Shown: positions 19,316 through 28,844 of the stretch, piece after piece | Layout of the letters: the number at the start of each line of letters is the position of its first letter | Position numbering within the stretch: position 1 is the stretch's first letter | DNA from: a virus | Lineage: Duplodnaviria; Caudoviricetes | Length of the DNA stretch: 57,476 nt | Strand: one strand, 5' to 3' | IMG/VR virus record: IMGVR_UViG_3300024325_000004 | Span: 1-57,476 of that record | The notes under the pieces: generated by a model | Told to the model about the DNA's origin: nothing | Databases searched by the model: none | What the model saw: only the letters and a program-made list of their open reading frames with translations | Program-made: the position numbers and the translations under genes

Positions 19316-20541
19316 TACAGTTGTCCGTTCTCATCCCTTCAATACCCTCACGCTTCGATAAAGCCTATACACTGTACCAGAAGTTACAGGAAATGGCTGG
19401 TGATAAGCAGATTGAGATATTGATGATAACAGATAACAAAAAACGTTCTATTGGTGCCAAACGTGAAACTTTGAAAAATATAGCCCAAGGAAAGTTCTTT
19501 TGTTTCTGCGATGATGACGATGAGTTTGTCTCTTTGGATGAAATCTACGAAGCTACTTTTCTGGATGTTGACGTGATCAATTTTAAAGCCGAATGTACTA
19601 ATCCTGACGGATCCAGTTTTATTATTACCCAACAACTAGGTAATCAGGTTGAGCATAATACCAAGGACGGAAAATACCTGGACTGTAAGCGCCCTCCTTT
19701 TCCAAATTGTGCCTGGAATACGCATAAAGTGCTTGGTTGTACTTTCCCGGATATCAGCTATGGCGAGGACTGGGCTTTTGTGCAGGAATGTTTATCAGTA
19801 GTTCGTACAGAACATTTTATTGATAAAGTCTTATTCAAATACAATTTCGACCCAAAAATAACAGAAGCATCCACGGAAGATAATCCTTACTGGACCAACC
19901 CGAACCATAAAAAAGTGATCAGCAAATGTATTGTAAACGTGTCTACGGATAAATATCGCAAGGGACAAAAGCGTTTGGCTACCAGTTTAAGAGGCAAAAC
20001 AAATGCTACGGTGCTTCTTTTTGAAAGTGAGGAAGAAGTAGGTGCTGCGCCTCACGCTGAGATGAATTACGGCTTTAAGCCTATGGCTATGATCAAAGCT
20101 TATGAACACGGTTTTCGGCAAATCCTATGGCTGGATGCTTCGATGCGTGCGATAAAGAATATCGATGTAATATTTGATATTATTGAACGTGACGGGTATT
20201 TCTTCCAAGATAGTGGCTGGTTAAACTCTCGCTGGACACATACGGAGGCTTTAGCTTACTTCGGTACTAATGGCGGTCCTATGCTGAGTTCAGGAGTTCT
20301 TGGGCTTGATCTGGATAGCGAGATAGGCTATAAATTCTTTGATGCCTGGACACAGGCAATGCGTGACGGTATGTTCAATGGCTCCTGGGATATTTATCGC
20401 CACGATCAATCTGCAGCATCGTTGATCGCTTATAAAATGGGATTAAAATTGCAAAAAGGTAACACGTTTTTTGTATACGGAAAAGACGATGAACCGACAA
20501 TAACTGAACAAACTGTTTTACTCGCAGACGGAGTCTGTTAA
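19312..20541 (+). CDS. Two-domain glycosyltransferase (GT2 plus a second nucleotide-diphospho-sugar transferase-like domain)
   Basis: N-half paralogous to 18498 (FCDDDD, YGEDW); C-half has YGFKP, LWLDAS and RHDQS motifs. Confidence 0.85.
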   Translation: MIQLSVLIPSIPSRFDKAYTLYQKLQEMAGDKQIEILMITDNKKRSIGAKRETLKNIAQGKFFCFCDDDDEFVSLDEIYEATFLDVDVINFKAECTNPDGSSFIITQQLGNQVEHNTKDGKYLDCKRPPFPNCAWNTHKVLGCTFPDISYGEDWAFVQECLSVVRTEHFIDKVLFKYNFDPKITEASTEDNPYWTNPNHKKVISKCIVNVSTDKYRKGQKRLATSLRGKTNATVLLFESEEEVGAAPHAEMNYGFKPMAMIKAYEHGFRQILWLDASMRAIKNIDVIFDIIERDGYFFQDSGWLNSRWTHTEALAYFGTNGGPMLSSGVLGLDLDSEIGYKFFDAWTQAMRDGMFNGSWDIYRHDQSAASLIAYKMGLKLQKGNTFFVYGKDDEPTITEQTVLLADGVC

Positions 20542-20552
20542 AATTTATCATT

Positions 20553-20735
20553 ATGGGATTTTTCGGAAAATTAACAAAATTAGCTTTGGATGTTATAGAA
20601 ACTCCAATAGCTGTCGTAAAAGACGTGACAACACTTGGCGGTTCTTTGACTGATCAAAATGAGCCTTATACCTTAAAAAAGTTGAAGGATATTGGTGAGG
20701 ATTATGAAGAAATGAAAGATAGTTTGGACGATTAA
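20553..20735 (+). CDS. Small hypothetical protein
   Basis: 60-aa ORF. Confidence 0.55.
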   Translation: MGFFGKLTKLALDVIETPIAVVKDVTTLGGSLTDQNEPYTLKKLKDIGEDYEEMKDSLDD

Positions 20736-20739
20736 ATTT

Positions 20740-20910
20740 ATGAACTGGTCTAAAGTTGAAAAACCATTTCAGAAACCGTTAAAATGGTGGTACTATAAAT
20801 TACTCTGTGAATTTTGGTATAACTGGTATGGCACTTCAAATCGGCGATATTATAAATATCTCAACTTGCTCTGTGATTTAGGATGGAATTTATACGGAAA
20901 GAAAATATGA
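20740..20910 (+). CDS. Small aromatic-rich protein (56 aa)
   Basis: MNWSKVEKPFQKPLKWWYYKLL...; ATGA-coupled to the next gene. Confidence 0.5.
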   Translation: MNWSKVEKPFQKPLKWWYYKLLCEFWYNWYGTSNRRYYKYLNLLCDLGWNLYGKKI

Positions 20911-21179
20911 AAGCAATAAAATTTAAACATTGCAATGTTACTTACGCTGAAAATCAGCCGGAGTACAATCCTCTGCCTGGATTAAAACTTGAAGGCAAAG
21001 AGGGGTATTTTATAGTTTGTTATAAAATGAATTTTTGGGAAAGGTTAAAAGTCTTATTTACCGGCAAAACATGGATTTCATTCATGACTTTCAATAATCC
21101 TTTAACTCCACATTTTATTACGGTTAACCGTAAAGATGTTTACAGTCATGCAGATGATAAGAAAGGATTGTTTTCATGA
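20907..21179 (+). CDS. Hypothetical phage protein
   Basis: Probable start MKAIKFK at the ATGA overlap; YAENQPEYNPLP motif. Confidence 0.6.
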   Translation: MKAIKFKHCNVTYAENQPEYNPLPGLKLEGKEGYFIVCYKMNFWERLKVLFTGKTWISFMTFNNPLTPHFITVNRKDVYSHADDKKGLFS

Positions 21180-21793
21180 AAAGCTACGCACAAAACAAAG
21201 AAGATCAGTTCATCGCCAATTATTTCGGTGATCACAAAGGTACTTTGCTCTCCATCGGTGAGAACGATGGACTGACGTTCAGTAATGTACGTGCTTTACT
21301 GGAAAATGGATGGTACGGACACCTGGTAGAACCGTCTGGCGTTTTCTATGCCCTGAAACGGCTTTATATCGGCAATGAAAAAGTACAATGCTATAATGTA
21401 GCAATCGGCCTGGAACAAGGTATAGTTGATTTCTACGAGTCTGGTGCCCACGTTCCAAACGGTACGGATAAAGCCCTGGTATCAACACTGAACTTCAACG
21501 AAACACAGCGTTGGACTAATGTCGATTTCCATAAAATAAAGGTGAACGTTGTTCCGTTTGCATTCCTGTGGGAGATGACTGATTTCGCGCAGTTCGACTT
21601 CATCTCAATTGATGCGGAAGGCTACGATCTGGATATCCTGGAACAGATCGATCTTGCAGCCGTAGGCTGTAAATGCCTGATTATTGAACATAATAGTAAC
21701 AAAGACTTAATAGACGCTTACAAAGGTTACTGCCGTAACTTTGGCCTTGTAGGAGTACTTGAAAACGCTGAAAATATCATATTCATAAAATAA
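21176..21793 (+). CDS. FkbM-family SAM methyltransferase
   Basis: YAQNKED, IGENDGLTFSN, LVEP and FDFISIDAEGYD motifs. Confidence 0.9.
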   Translation: MKSYAQNKEDQFIANYFGDHKGTLLSIGENDGLTFSNVRALLENGWYGHLVEPSGVFYALKRLYIGNEKVQCYNVAIGLEQGIVDFYESGAHVPNGTDKALVSTLNFNETQRWTNVDFHKIKVNVVPFAFLWEMTDFAQFDFISIDAEGYDLDILEQIDLAAVGCKCLIIEHNSNKDLIDAYKGYCRNFGLVGVLENAENIIFIK

Positions 21794-22479
21794 TGTACAT
21801 ACCTCAGACATTAACCCCTTCTCAAATAGAACGCTGTTTTAATACAGTAAGTAGCAATGCTTTTTTCTTAATCGTAGCCGATAAATTAGTAAGACGGGAA
21901 AGTTTATCTGTAGTTCGTATGGCTGACGGAGAAAAAGCTTTATTTGAAAGTTTGAATAATCCGTTTGATGAAAGCTGGAATGAACGTTTAGGTACAGCAG
22001 GGATATCCAGGGAACAATTAATAGAAAATATGTGGAGGGCTATTAATTACTGTGATTTTTTTGCCTCATCAATATCAGGGGTAATAATGAATAATTATTT
22101 TATGGATAATTATAGGCCACAACGCCGTTATATTGATAACTTTTTCCCTCATGCATGGTTTGAGTCCATGAAAGTAAATTTATATAAAGAAGCGAAGCAT
22201 GTGTTGATTATTCACCGTAATGAAAATACAGCAAATGCATTAATCAGAAGGGCAGAACAATATTTAAACGTAAAAGTTTCTTACCTTCATTTATCGAATT
22301 GGGATCAGGCTGAAAACGTGGTAAAACAAGCTAATGAGATCGATGCACCATTGGTAATTTTCAGTGCCGGACCGGCTAGTAAATGGATCGGTCCTGAAAT
22401 CGCTAAACAAGGAAAAATAACCCTGGATATAGGTCAGGCTATGGATAAATGGACATTACTTCAAACAGAAAAATCATGA
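21793..22479 (+). CDS. GT-D fold (DUF1792-like) glycosyltransferase
   Basis: SLSVVRMADGE, SAGPASK and LDIG motifs. Confidence 0.75.
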   Translation: MYIPQTLTPSQIERCFNTVSSNAFFLIVADKLVRRESLSVVRMADGEKALFESLNNPFDESWNERLGTAGISREQLIENMWRAINYCDFFASSISGVIMNNYFMDNYRPQRRYIDNFFPHAWFESMKVNLYKEAKHVLIIHRNENTANALIRRAEQYLNVKVSYLHLSNWDQAENVVKQANEIDAPLVIFSAGPASKWIGPEIAKQGKITLDIGQAMDKWTLLQTEKS

Positions 22480-23477
22480 AAATACTATTTTTAATCAAAC
22501 TCAGCTCGGAGTACAACGAAGCCAACTCTTTCATTTCCAAAGCCGGCCTGCGAAATTCTGCAAAATTCGTCGTGGACGCGATTAATGAATTTCCACGAAC
22601 TGAGGCTATATTAGAAATAGTAACTGACCAAAACCGAATACATATGCGGTTGAAACATCATAAACCTGATATGTGTATATTGGAAGCAATATGGGTGACT
22701 CCTGTCAAGTTAAGGGAACTTATTGAACTTCATCCTGATATTAAATTTGTAATCCGGGTGCACTCCCGTGTTCCGTTCCTGGGTATGGAAAGTAATGCAA
22801 TTACCTGGATAAAAGAATACGGTAAGTATGCTACTGTATCGTTTAACCACATCCAAACAAGCCGTGAATTTGAAAAACTTGGAGTAAAAAACGTATATCT
22901 GCCTAATATTTATCCTACCGTTAAATTTTGTCCTGAAGAACAAAAACATCCGGCACAAAAACACTTTTATAAAATCGGATGCTTTGGTGCTATCCGACCT
23001 TATAAAAATCAACTTTCACAGGCTGTTGCAGCAATTTTATTCGGTGAAAAATATAATACCCCGGTACATTTCTATATCAATTCGACCAGGGTAGAACAAC
23101 GTGGAGAAAGTATACTTAAAAATATCCGTTCACTTTTTGAGAATACCCGGCATAAGCTTATCGAAATACAATGGCTTGAACATGATGAATTTATCCGGAT
23201 AATATCTCAAATGGACGTTTGTATGCAGGTTAGCTATACAGAAACATTCAACATTGTGACCGCCGATGCTGTTGCTGCACACGTCCCTATAGTAGCGTCT
23301 GAGCAAATTGATTGGTTGAGCTGTGAAAAAGCCGACCCAAATAACGAATCAGATATGGCAAAGGTGATCCGTAATATGATCGAAAAACGCTGCGAAGTCG
23401 TAGAAGATAATATCAATGATCTTACAGCTTATAACCACCACGCAATTCTGAAATGGTTCCGTTTTGTTGAAAGATAA
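22476..23477 (+). CDS. Glycosyltransferase, GT-B (GT4-like)
   Basis: IGCFGAIRPYKNQ and SYTETFNIVTADAV...VP motifs; probable start MKILFL at the ATGA overlap. Confidence 0.85.
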   Translation: MKILFLIKLSSEYNEANSFISKAGLRNSAKFVVDAINEFPRTEAILEIVTDQNRIHMRLKHHKPDMCILEAIWVTPVKLRELIELHPDIKFVIRVHSRVPFLGMESNAITWIKEYGKYATVSFNHIQTSREFEKLGVKNVYLPNIYPTVKFCPEEQKHPAQKHFYKIGCFGAIRPYKNQLSQAVAAILFGEKYNTPVHFYINSTRVEQRGESILKNIRSLFENTRHKLIEIQWLEHDEFIRIISQMDVCMQVSYTETFNIVTADAVAAHVPIVASEQIDWLSCEKADPNNESDMAKVIRNMIEKRCEVVEDNINDLTAYNHHAILKWFRFVER

Positions 23478-24031
23478 TGCGCGTTCATTACATACAACCT
23501 TACCGCGCCGATAAAAACATCGGTTTGGCAATCAATGAAGCATTAGAAGAACTTAAAGCGGTGGAGTTTGGCCGGGATGAGTGGATATGCCTTATGGACC
23601 ATGATATACTTTGGTTATTACCGGACACTAAGGCACACGTAGAAGAAATATTGGCTAACACCCCGTACGATGTACTGGGTTGTATGACCAATCGCCTACG
23701 GTCACCGGAACAGTTGGTCGGTGGCCGTTTTAACGAAGACGACCGCATCAGAGAACATATCAAGATAGCGCAGGAATGCTGGAAGAACGCCGGGCCGATG
23801 GTGATTGACGCCAAAGGCGTGATGGCTGCATTCATGCTTTGTTTCCGGCTGCGGGTATGGGAGTCGGTCAGCGGCTTTGTGGAAGGGTCGCTTGCCTTTG
23901 ACCGGTTATTTGACTTCGAGGCCCGGAAAATGGGGTTTAAAGTCGGGCTAATGAAAGGAATATATGTTTTTCACAGTTACCGCATGTGGAGTAACCATCC
24001 GAAAACAGAATGTAAACACTTAATAATTTAA
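23477..24031 (+). CDS. Glycosyltransferase-like protein, GT-A fold
   Basis: KNIGLAIN, WICLMDHD, FD and YVFHSYR motifs. Confidence 0.75.
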   Translation: MRVHYIQPYRADKNIGLAINEALEELKAVEFGRDEWICLMDHDILWLLPDTKAHVEEILANTPYDVLGCMTNRLRSPEQLVGGRFNEDDRIREHIKIAQECWKNAGPMVIDAKGVMAAFMLCFRLRVWESVSGFVEGSLAFDRLFDFEARKMGFKVGLMKGIYVFHSYRMWSNHPKTECKHLII

Positions 24032-24035
24032 AACC

Positions 24036-24260
24036 ATGGATCAAAAATTACTAGACGGCATTATGTCAGAATTTGACAAACTATCTCACAACGAGCAGGT
24101 AGATTTATTTCTTGAAATCAGGGGACAACTATTAAAAATGCGCGATGCGCGTATGAATACCTACAGAGAAAATGCAAACATAGCGCAGGATAATATAGAA
24201 ACTCTTGCAAAAGGTAGTGCAGCTATCTCAAATCCTGCAGATCAAAAAGTAGCCGGTTAA
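24036..24260 (+). CDS. Hypothetical protein
   Basis: Last ORF of the island; its stop shares TTAA with the portal stop. Confidence 0.55.
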   Translation: MDQKLLDGIMSEFDKLSHNEQVDLFLEIRGQLLKMRDARMNTYRENANIAQDNIETLAKGSAAISNPADQKVAG

Positions 24261-25711
24261 TCTTCCTTCAAACTCTCAAAATAACTCTTAGGCGCAGCAG
24301 GTGGTTGGGTCGGTCCGGATGATACCTGAACGTGTGCACTACCCTGCTGCACCTTTCCATCCAGGATATCTTTCATCGGCGTGATGGTGATCGGTACCCA
24401 TATCTGGTCCATCCCCGGCTCACTGGATCTCCCCCAACGCTTGACCTCGCGCTTCTCGTTCGGCGTCAAATCCCAGGACTTATCGAGCCACTCTGCCACC
24501 GTTTTCATATCATCATTTAACTCCGGCAATCCCATGAAATCTTTCTCAACGATATAGGTATTTTGGCTAGTATTATACGGCCTGCAAAGGAAAGCGGTCA
24601 TCGCCTTGGAAAATTTTCTACATATCGGTGCAATAGCATTATATGCCAGCTGCCGGTTAGCAACAGGCAAATTATTATACGTAGCAGTGTCCTGAGACCG
24701 AAACTGCAAAGGTACGTGGTATCCACGGTAAATATCATCCGCCTTGGCATCTGATAATTCAATGAGCTTCAGATCAGCGATCGGCAGACCGATCTGGGTC
24801 CATTTCAGCGGGATAGCGACCGGCACGATCCGATCCATCTTATCCGTCGAATTATAAGCTTCTTTTAACGATTCCTGGGTTTGATCGCGCTGTTCATCCC
24901 CCCACACATCTTCTTTATTCTCCGGGTTGAGTAATCCTACTGAGCCACCGTTCTTTACTTGTTTATCCGCTTCCTTATCTGCATTACGCAGGATGTCAAG
25001 CGAATAAAGATAAGCCCGGAGCGGAGAAATACCGAAACGCTGAGTCCCTGCAGGGTCATACCTTGGGTTCAGCGTCTTAACATGCTTGATCTGCGCGGCC
25101 GGGAACTTCTGGTTCTGCAAATAATTGGTCATCTGGTAAGAGATGATCGGATCCATAAAAGACTGGCCGGCGGTGATCGTCATATCAGAAGGGACGCCCC
25201 ATAATTCTGACCAACGACCGTTAGCACGGTCCTGGTCATTACCTGCATTCCCATAAATGTAGGAATTACCTCTTAGGAGAAGGAGCGCTGCCTGCAATTC
25301 CCAAAAGTCATCGCCTTCCGTTTCTGAGTTCGGGTTTTCCAGCAGCTTTTCTATTGCAGGGACGGATACTTCTTCCAGGGCTTTGGCCTTGGCTAAGAGC
25401 GCCGGGCCTAAAGTGTCGGCATTTTCACTGAGCTGAAGATACTTTTTATACTCCTTTACGTTCTTGACCTTGTAAATGATCCATGGACACGCAACGAATT
25501 TCTTGACGATCAGGTCAACGCATTCATACACCGCGCCTACCTGTTCGAAACCTTTTACAATGTAGTCATACTGGTTGGAATTGATGGTTACCTGTACATT
25601 GTTGAGTACCTGGTTGAGGTTTCGGTTGGACTGGTTAACTGTGATTCCCGACACTTGTTCGGTAACTCTTTTACTAATAGCCTTTCCAAACAGTATGTCT
25701 ATTAAACTCAT
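24257..25711 (-). CDS. Portal protein, HK97 family
   Basis: VYECVDLI, LLENPN, LLRGNSY, GISPL and LTPNEKRE motifs. Confidence 0.92.
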   Translation of the reverse strand: MSLIDILFGKAISKRVTEQVSGITVNQSNRNLNQVLNNVQVTINSNQYDYIVKGFEQVGAVYECVDLIVKKFVACPWIIYKVKNVKEYKKYLQLSENADTLGPALLAKAKALEEVSVPAIEKLLENPNSETEGDDFWELQAALLLLRGNSYIYGNAGNDQDRANGRWSELWGVPSDMTITAGQSFMDPIISYQMTNYLQNQKFPAAQIKHVKTLNPRYDPAGTQRFGISPLRAYLYSLDILRNADKEADKQVKNGGSVGLLNPENKEDVWGDEQRDQTQESLKEAYNSTDKMDRIVPVAIPLKWTQIGLPIADLKLIELSDAKADDIYRGYHVPLQFRSQDTATYNNLPVANRQLAYNAIAPICRKFSKAMTAFLCRPYNTSQNTYIVEKDFMGLPELNDDMKTVAEWLDKSWDLTPNEKREVKRWGRSSEPGMDQIWVPITITPMKDILDGKVQQGSAHVQVSSGPTQPPAAPKSYFESLKED

Positions 25712-25716
25712 GAAAA

Positions 25717-25724
25717 CAAATATA
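25717..25724 (-). promoter_or_regulatory. Bacteroidota -7 promoter element (TATATTTG) for the portal gene
   Basis: TAnnTTTG 5 nt before the ATG. Confidence 0.55.
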
Positions 25725-25768
25725 AAAATTAGTTTCGCATATAGATGAAAAAATTTTTCCGGGAAATT

Positions 25769-26173
25769 TTAGCAATCTGTCAAATATCCGTTTCGTAAAA
25801 ATCCATGATATGAACCTATTGCTATACTTCCGGCACCTGCTGAGCAAGTATTTCCGACCTTATCAACGGTAAAATCAGGTGCTTCTCCGTGTCTACACCA
25901 ACACCTATGTTCTTTATCGTCCGGTTTAGTACAATTAGACGCCTGACTATCAATATGCCACCAATTATTACCAGGACAAACGCATACATAGCTTTTTCCG
26001 TCCGGTCCGGTTTGAAAACCCTGATCAGTTATATCTATAATTGCACCGGTACCAAAATAATGAGAAGTTCCTGTTTCGCCAGTATCAACCCGTCTGTAAA
26101 CAGGTCTACTTATACCATCTTTAAAAGGTGTATATTCTCCTGTTTTCTCTATTAAAAAGCACTTAATATCCAT
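25769..26173 (-). CDS. Cys/His-rich hypothetical protein, likely metal-binding
   Basis: CVCPG...HRCWCRHG...C...YHGFLRNG. Confidence 0.65.
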   Translation of the reverse strand: MDIKCFLIEKTGEYTPFKDGISRPVYRRVDTGETGTSHYFGTGAIIDITDQGFQTGPDGKSYVCVCPGNNWWHIDSQASNCTKPDDKEHRCWCRHGEAPDFTVDKVGNTCSAGAGSIAIGSYHGFLRNGYLTDC

Positions 26174-26667
26174 AATTATAAAGAAAAACCACCGAAATCC
26201 TTATGTTCCGGCGGTTTTTACATGAAAAAGTAGCCTGCCTCTGTAAATATAATAAAAATAAGTTCCATAATAGGCGGTTTTTGCTCAGATATTTTTCCAG
26301 ATAGGGTCTGCGCCAGGCAAAATTACAAAGTTGTCCTTTTTGTTTTAATGGCTTTTTGAGATATTACTTCTTTGACAATCAGCGAATTATGTTAATAAAA
26401 TGTTGATAACTTTCGCAACAAAACACTTGACAAGTACGTAAAATGTCGTATCTTTATATAACAAAACAAACAAGATCATGAAAAAAGTAAACATCTTAAT
26501 CGCAGTCATTACAGTAATGGCAGTTATCACATTCGTTGCAATCGTTATGCCTTCATTAGCACATAACATAATGAATGATCTGATAGCAAGGCGTTAAACT
26601 GATTAAGGCGTGAAAACCGTGCGTTACCGGCCTTTATAGGCTGGTAGGTTCAGTAAAACTTAAAAAC

Positions 26668-26883
26668 ATGAAAACGATACAATTATTCAAGGACGGTAAG
26701 CAAATGATTGCTACAGATGGTATTATGAAGGTAGACGGGCGGTTTAATGCTGCATCCATTTATCGCGAAGTACGGGCACGTAATAACAGATTTGCAACTC
26801 ATTTTCCACATAAAGTTGCTGATCAATATGCCATATATCGCAACGGTTTAAACAGTTCATTAGGTAAACTTAATAATATTTAA
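26668..26883 (+). CDS. Hypothetical early protein
   Basis: Preceded by an AAAACTTAAAAACATG leader. Confidence 0.6.
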   Translation: MKTIQLFKDGKQMIATDGIMKVDGRFNAASIYREVRARNNRFATHFPHKVADQYAIYRNGLNSSLGKLNNI

Positions 26884-26887
26884 AAAC

Positions 26888-27097
26888 ATGAAAACTAAAA
26901 AAATCTATTACGTTATTGTTGGCAATGTTGGCACAATGGATTATACTTCTAAGAAGTTGGCAATTGATTGCTTTAAAACATATCGTACACTCAGTATGCA
27001 AGGCATTACAAGTGCTGCGGGTGAAAGTGTTACGCTTTTCGAGGGTGATAATATAATCGATGAGTATATAGGCACCTTAGATTTAAACGAAGCATAA
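26888..27097 (+). CDS. Hypothetical early protein
   Basis: TAAAAACATG leader. Confidence 0.6.
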   Translation: MKTKKIYYVIVGNVGTMDYTSKKLAIDCFKTYRTLSMQGITSAAGESVTLFEGDNIIDEYIGTLDLNEA

Positions 27098-27156
27098 CAT
27101 GGAAACTCAATACTTAACCCATTATTGCTACGGTATCAGATACCATTATAGCATGT

Positions 27157-27507
27157 TTGTACACAATAAAATGGTTTTTTACTCAATCCTTAATTAACAT
27201 GACAAAGCACTCAATCAATATACTCAAAGTTGCTAAACAGTTTAGCATAGTACTTAATCAATGGATACCTGAAAAGTTGTACGAAGTTAATCTTCGCAAC
27301 AAAGAGCAAAGTTATATTGAGCATAACTGTTGCGCAACACACGATTTTTGTGATCCTAATCAAGCAATAATAGACGCGTTTTCAGTTGTTTTTGGTCGGG
27401 AACCGTCTGTAAAGAACCAAAAAGATAATATGATTATCAATAATGCGTGGCTTATAGCTAAAACCGCCGGATTTAAAGTTGATTATCCTTTATACTCAAA
27501 CTTATGA
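27157..27507 (+). CDS. Hypothetical protein
   Basis: Contains CATHDFCDPNQ; start uncertain. Confidence 0.6.
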   Translation: MYTIKWFFTQSLINMTKHSINILKVAKQFSIVLNQWIPEKLYEVNLRNKEQSYIEHNCCATHDFCDPNQAIIDAFSVVFGREPSVKNQKDNMIINNAWLIAKTAGFKVDYPLYSNL

Positions 27508-27737
27508 GAAATTTACCTGAAGTTGGTATGAAACTACCAAAACAATACTTTGCTCTTTGGAAGGACCCAAAGGGTAAATGGCACCAATTTGATAGTAACA
27601 ATATGGAAGTTGCTAACAAAAAAGCTGCCTTAAATGACGGTGAACTTTATATAGATACCCGGTACAAAGCAAAATTGCGCTTGTACCGATACTTGGTCCG
27701 CAAACAATTATATGCAAACGATTATGTTAAACATTAA
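27504..27737 (+). CDS. Hypothetical protein
   Basis: Coupled ORF. Confidence 0.5.
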   Translation: MRNLPEVGMKLPKQYFALWKDPKGKWHQFDSNNMEVANKKAALNDGELYIDTRYKAKLRLYRYLVRKQLYANDYVKH

Positions 27738-27894
27738 ATCAGACTTGTTAAATAAGTCCGCAATAGCAAAAAAATTAGGTTTAAAACCTAAAAACTACTA
27801 TGATAAGTTAAACAGTCGCGGCAAAGCTAAACCGTTTACGGCCGACGAATTAATGAACATTGAAAACATTATTAAAAACGATTTAAAACTATGA
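27712..27894 (+). CDS. Small HTH DNA-binding protein
   Basis: NKSAIAKKLGLKPKNYYDKLN...FTADEL. Confidence 0.65.
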   Translation: MQTIMLNIKSDLLNKSAIAKKLGLKPKNYYDKLNSRGKAKPFTADELMNIENIIKNDLKL

Positions 27895-28844
27895 ACAACT
27901 ACGATAAATACATTGTCGCATTTAGCGGTGGTAAAGATAGCATTGCGTGTTTCTTAAACCTTTTAGAAATTGGCATACCAATTGAAAAAATAGAGCTCTG
28001 GCACCATGATATTGATGGTAAAGGAGTGACTTTTATGGATTGGGAGTGTACACCGGCCTATTGTAAAGCTTTTGCAGATCATTTTAAAGTGCCTATTTAC
28101 TTTTCCTGGAAAGAAGGCGGTTTTAAACGTGAAATGCTTCGTAAAGAACAATACACCGCGCCGGTTAGTTTTGAAAATGAAAATCACGAAATTATTACCG
28201 TCGGCGGTAGCCGCGGAAAACTTTCTACCAGATTAAAATTTCCACAAGTAAGCCCAGATTTATCCGTTCGTTGGTGTTCAGCTTATTTGAAAATAGATGT
28301 TTGTGCAATCGCTATACGTAACCAGTCAAGATTTGACAATATACGTACGTGCGTACTATCTGGCGAGCGCGCTGAAGAAAGTGCTGCCAGAGCAAAATAT
28401 GAAGTTTTAGAGGATGATAGATCAGCATCTAAAACCAGACTGGTGCACCGCTGGCGACCTATAAAACTATGGAAAGAAACAGATATTTGGGGTATCGCTG
28501 AACGTTGGAACATTCGTATGCATCCAGCGTATTATATGGGCTGGTCCAGACTATCATGTAAATCTTGTATTTTTGGAAACGCCGATCAGTTTGCCAGTGC
28601 AAACGCTATAAGTCCTGCTCAAATCAATGAAATTATATTTTTTGAAGGCGAATTTGGTACAACTATCAAGCGAAATATCAGCATTAAAGATTTACTTTTG
28701 CTCGGTACTCCTTATAAAAACATAACCGCCGAATTAGCTAAATTAGCCACATCTTACACCTACGATTTAAGTATAATAATGTTACCAGATGAAAAATGGG
28801 TATTGCCTACCGGCGCATATGGTGAAAGTTGCGGGCCGTCTTAA
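27891..28844 (+). CDS. PAPS-reductase-family (PP-loop) protein
   Basis: SGGKDS PP-loop, RWCSAYLK, GERAEESAARAK and HPAY...RLSCKSCIF. Confidence 0.88.
   Translation: MNNYDKYIVAFSGGKDSIACFLNLLEIGIPIEKIELWHHDIDGKGVTFMDWECTPAYCKAFADHFKVPIYFSWKEGGFKREMLRKEQYTAPVSFENENHEIITVGGSRGKLSTRLKFPQVSPDLSVRWCSAYLKIDVCAIAIRNQSRFDNIRTCVLSGERAEESAARAKYEVLEDDRSASKTRLVHRWRPIKLWKETDIWGIAERWNIRMHPAYYMGWSRLSCKSCIFGNADQFASANAISPAQINEIIFFEGEFGTTIKRNISIKDLLLLGTPYKNITAELAKLATSYTYDLSIIMLPDEKWVLPTGAYGESCGPS

Noticed and set aside
16992-24031. T4-like DNA glucosylation as the role of the GT island
   Set aside because: No hydroxymethylase or TET/JBP enzyme seen to provide an acceptor base; disfavoured but not excluded.
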